DNA of 46,438 nucleotides from an uncultured Clostridia bacterium (GTDB lineage Bacteria; Bacillota_I; Bacilli_A; RF39; UBA660): NCBI GenBank assembly GCA_947168405.1, contig CAMVLU010000001.1, positions 1 to 46,438 of the forward strand, read 5' to 3'. Shown piece by piece: positions 44,694 to 46,438 of this stretch (position 1 is its first letter; each line of letters starts with the position of its first letter). The notes under the pieces were generated by a model. It saw only the letters and a program-made list of their open reading frames with translations, ran no database searches and was not told where the DNA came from. The position numbers and the translations under genes were made by a program.

Positions 44694-46235
44694 ATGGAAA
44701 ATAAAAAATATTATGTAACAACACCTATCTACTATCCATCAGCTAATTTTCATATAGGACATTGTTATACAACTGTAATTGCGGATAGTTTAGCAAGATT
44801 TAAAAAATTACAAGGGTATGATACTTTCTTTTTAACAGGAAGTGATGAACATGGTTTAAAGATACAAAAAAAAGCTGAGGAAGCAGGAGTTACTCCTCAA
44901 GAATATGTTGATAAGATTATAAGTGATGCTAAAGATCTATGGAAAAGTTTAGATATAGAATATGATAGATTTATTAGAACAACTGATCCTGATCATGTAG
45001 AAACAGTTCAAAAAATCTTTAAAAAGTTATATGATCAAGGTGATATTTATAAAGGGGAATATAAAGGATTATATTGTACTCCTTGTGAATCTTTTTGGAC
45101 AGAAACACAACTTGTGGATGGAAAATGTCCTGACTGTGGCAGAGAAGTTAATGAAGTATCAGAAGAAGCTTATTTCTTTAAATTAAGTAAGTATCAAGAT
45201 AGATTAGTAGATTATATAGAAAATCATCCTGAGTTTATTCAACCAGTATCAAGAAAAAATGAAATGTTAAATAACTTTATTAAACCTGGTTTAGAGGATT
45301 TATGTGTATCAAGAACTTCATTTACTTGGGGAATACCAGTTACATTTGATGAAAAACATGTTGTATATGTATGGATGGATGCTTTATCTAATTATATAAG
45401 TGCTTTAGGATATTTAAGTGATGATGATTCTAAATTTAAAAAATATTGGCCAGCTGATTTGCATATCGTTGGAAAAGAAATAGTAAGATTTCATACAATT
45501 ATTTGGCCTATAATGTTAATGGCTTTAGATTTACCTTTACCACATCAAGTATTTGGACATGGATGGTTAGTTATCAATGGAGGAAAGATTTCTAAAAGTT
45601 TAGGAAATTACAGAGATCCAAGAGAATATGTAAAAGAATATGGAGTAGATGCTATAAGATATTATTTGCTTCGTGAAGTACCATTTGGAAATGATGGTCA
45701 ATTTTCTGAAGAATTATTAATATCTAGATATAATACAGATCTTGCTAATACAGTAGGTAATCTTGTAAATAGAACTTTATCAATGTTAACAAAATACTTT
45801 GATGGAGTAATTAGTAAAGGATCAGAAACAACTGAATTTGATGAAGATTTAATAAATACTGTAACAAGTACTAAATTTAAAGTAGAAGATTATATGGAAA
45901 AATTACAAATACCAGAATCACTTGACTCTATATTTGAAATATTTAGAAGAGCAAATAAATATATTGATGAAACAACACCATGGATACTTGCTAAAGAAGA
46001 TAAAAATGAAAAATTAAAAACTGTTTTATATAACTTATTAGAATCAATTAGAATAGGTGCTATTTTATTAAAACCATATTTACCTAATACATCAGAAGAA
46101 ATAATAAGACAAATTAATACTAAAGAAATAGATTATTCTAAAACAGATGAATTTGGATTACTTGAAGAAAATATTCATATAAATGATTTTAAACCTATAT
46201 TTATGAGGATTGATAATAAAAATGAATCTAAATAG
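44694..46235 (+). CDS. metG: Methionine--tRNA ligase (short form, 513 aa)
   Basis: HIGH motif NFHIGHCYT, zinc knuckle CTPCESF...CPDCG, KMSKS-like KISKS. Confidence 0.95.
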   Translation: MENKKYYVTTPIYYPSANFHIGHCYTTVIADSLARFKKLQGYDTFFLTGSDEHGLKIQKKAEEAGVTPQEYVDKIISDAKDLWKSLDIEYDRFIRTTDPDHVETVQKIFKKLYDQGDIYKGEYKGLYCTPCESFWTETQLVDGKCPDCGREVNEVSEEAYFFKLSKYQDRLVDYIENHPEFIQPVSRKNEMLNNFIKPGLEDLCVSRTSFTWGIPVTFDEKHVVYVWMDALSNYISALGYLSDDDSKFKKYWPADLHIVGKEIVRFHTIIWPIMLMALDLPLPHQVFGHGWLVINGGKISKSLGNYRDPREYVKEYGVDAIRYYLLREVPFGNDGQFSEELLISRYNTDLANTVGNLVNRTLSMLTKYFDGVISKGSETTEFDEDLINTVTSTKFKVEDYMEKLQIPESLDSIFEIFRRANKYIDETTPWILAKEDKNEKLKTVLYNLLESIRIGAILLKPYLPNTSEEIIRQINTKEIDYSKTDEFGLLEENIHINDFKPIFMRIDNKNESK

Positions 46236-46438
46236 TTTAACAGATACCCATTTTCATTTAACTTTAAATGATGATATAGATAGTATATTAAAAAGAGCTA
46301 AAGATAATAATGTTAATAATTTTATTCTTTCTTGCTGTGATCTGAATAATATAAAAGAAGGATTAGAAATAATAAAAAAATATCTACATACATATTTAAC
46401 AATAGGATTACATACAGCTGAAATAAACGATTATAATG
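46222..46438 (+). CDS. TatD-family hydrolase, 5' partial (runs off the window)
   Basis: My translation from ATG 46222 gives MNLNSLTDTHFHLTLNDD...TIGLHTAE, with the TatD DTHxH metal motif. Position after metG matches Bacillus yabD. Confidence 0.7.
   Translation, partial: MNLNSLTDTHFHLTLNDDIDSILKRAKDNNVNNFILSCCDLNNIKEGLEIIKKYLHTYLTIGLHTAEINDYN

Noticed and set aside
1-46438. Mollicutes-type genetic code (TGA = Trp), suggested by the extreme AT content and the mini SRP RNA
   Set aside because: TGA terminates conserved proteins exactly at their expected ends (mnmE after FCVGK, the noc-like gene, the radical SAM gene), and Trp is encoded by TGG throughout. All housekeeping ORFs are full length under code 11.
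1-46438. CRISPR arrays, rRNA/tRNA genes, transposases, integrases or prophage blocks
   Set aside because: No regularly spaced direct repeats, no GC-rich structured RNA segments other than the SRP RNA and the T-box, and no recombinase-like ORFs were seen on either strand.

Overview
Very AT-rich chromosomal replication-origin region of a low-GC Bacillota-type bacterium. It uses the standard genetic code: TGA terminates conserved genes such as mnmE and noc, so it is not Mollicutes code 4. The backbone has classic Bacillus-like origin synteny. On the minus strand: ychF, DUF951, parB, soj, noc, rsmG, mnmG, mnmE, jag, yidC, rnpA, rpmH. On the plus strand, after a bipartite DnaA-box oriC: dnaA, dnaN, recF, gyrB, gyrA, small SRP RNA, tadA, dnaX, ybaB, recR, bofA-like, holB, yaaT/PSP1, an NPPY methyltransferase, pth, mfd, spoVT-like, T-box leader, metG and a partial tatD. 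Orphan or accessory genes interrupt this backbone at many junctions. The most interesting unannotated signal is in the 766-bp gap between the methyltransferase and pth. It holds two tandem ~385-bp modules. Each has a 27-aa hydrophobic ORF on the minus strand with a sequestered Shine-Dalgarno (SD), convergent sigma-A-like promoters, a shared bidirectional hairpin and long-range inverted-repeat blocks. This is the architecture of a type I toxin-antitoxin locus, apparently of an undescribed toxin family. Other notable items:
- a Noc homologue whose linker is expanded to ~480 aa of N/Q/M/P-rich low complexity
- a ComK-family gene in the dnaN-recF gap, preceded by DnaA boxes
- a decayed dinD gene still coupled to an intact unknown 210-aa ORF
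- a (TAT)5 run that may be DnaA-trios
- orphan genes inside the mnmE-mnmG and jag-mnmE junctions
- a KilA-N gene flanked by imperfect direct repeats
No rRNA, tRNA, CRISPR array or transposase was seen. All homology statements rest on motif recognition by eye and from memory, not on database searches.
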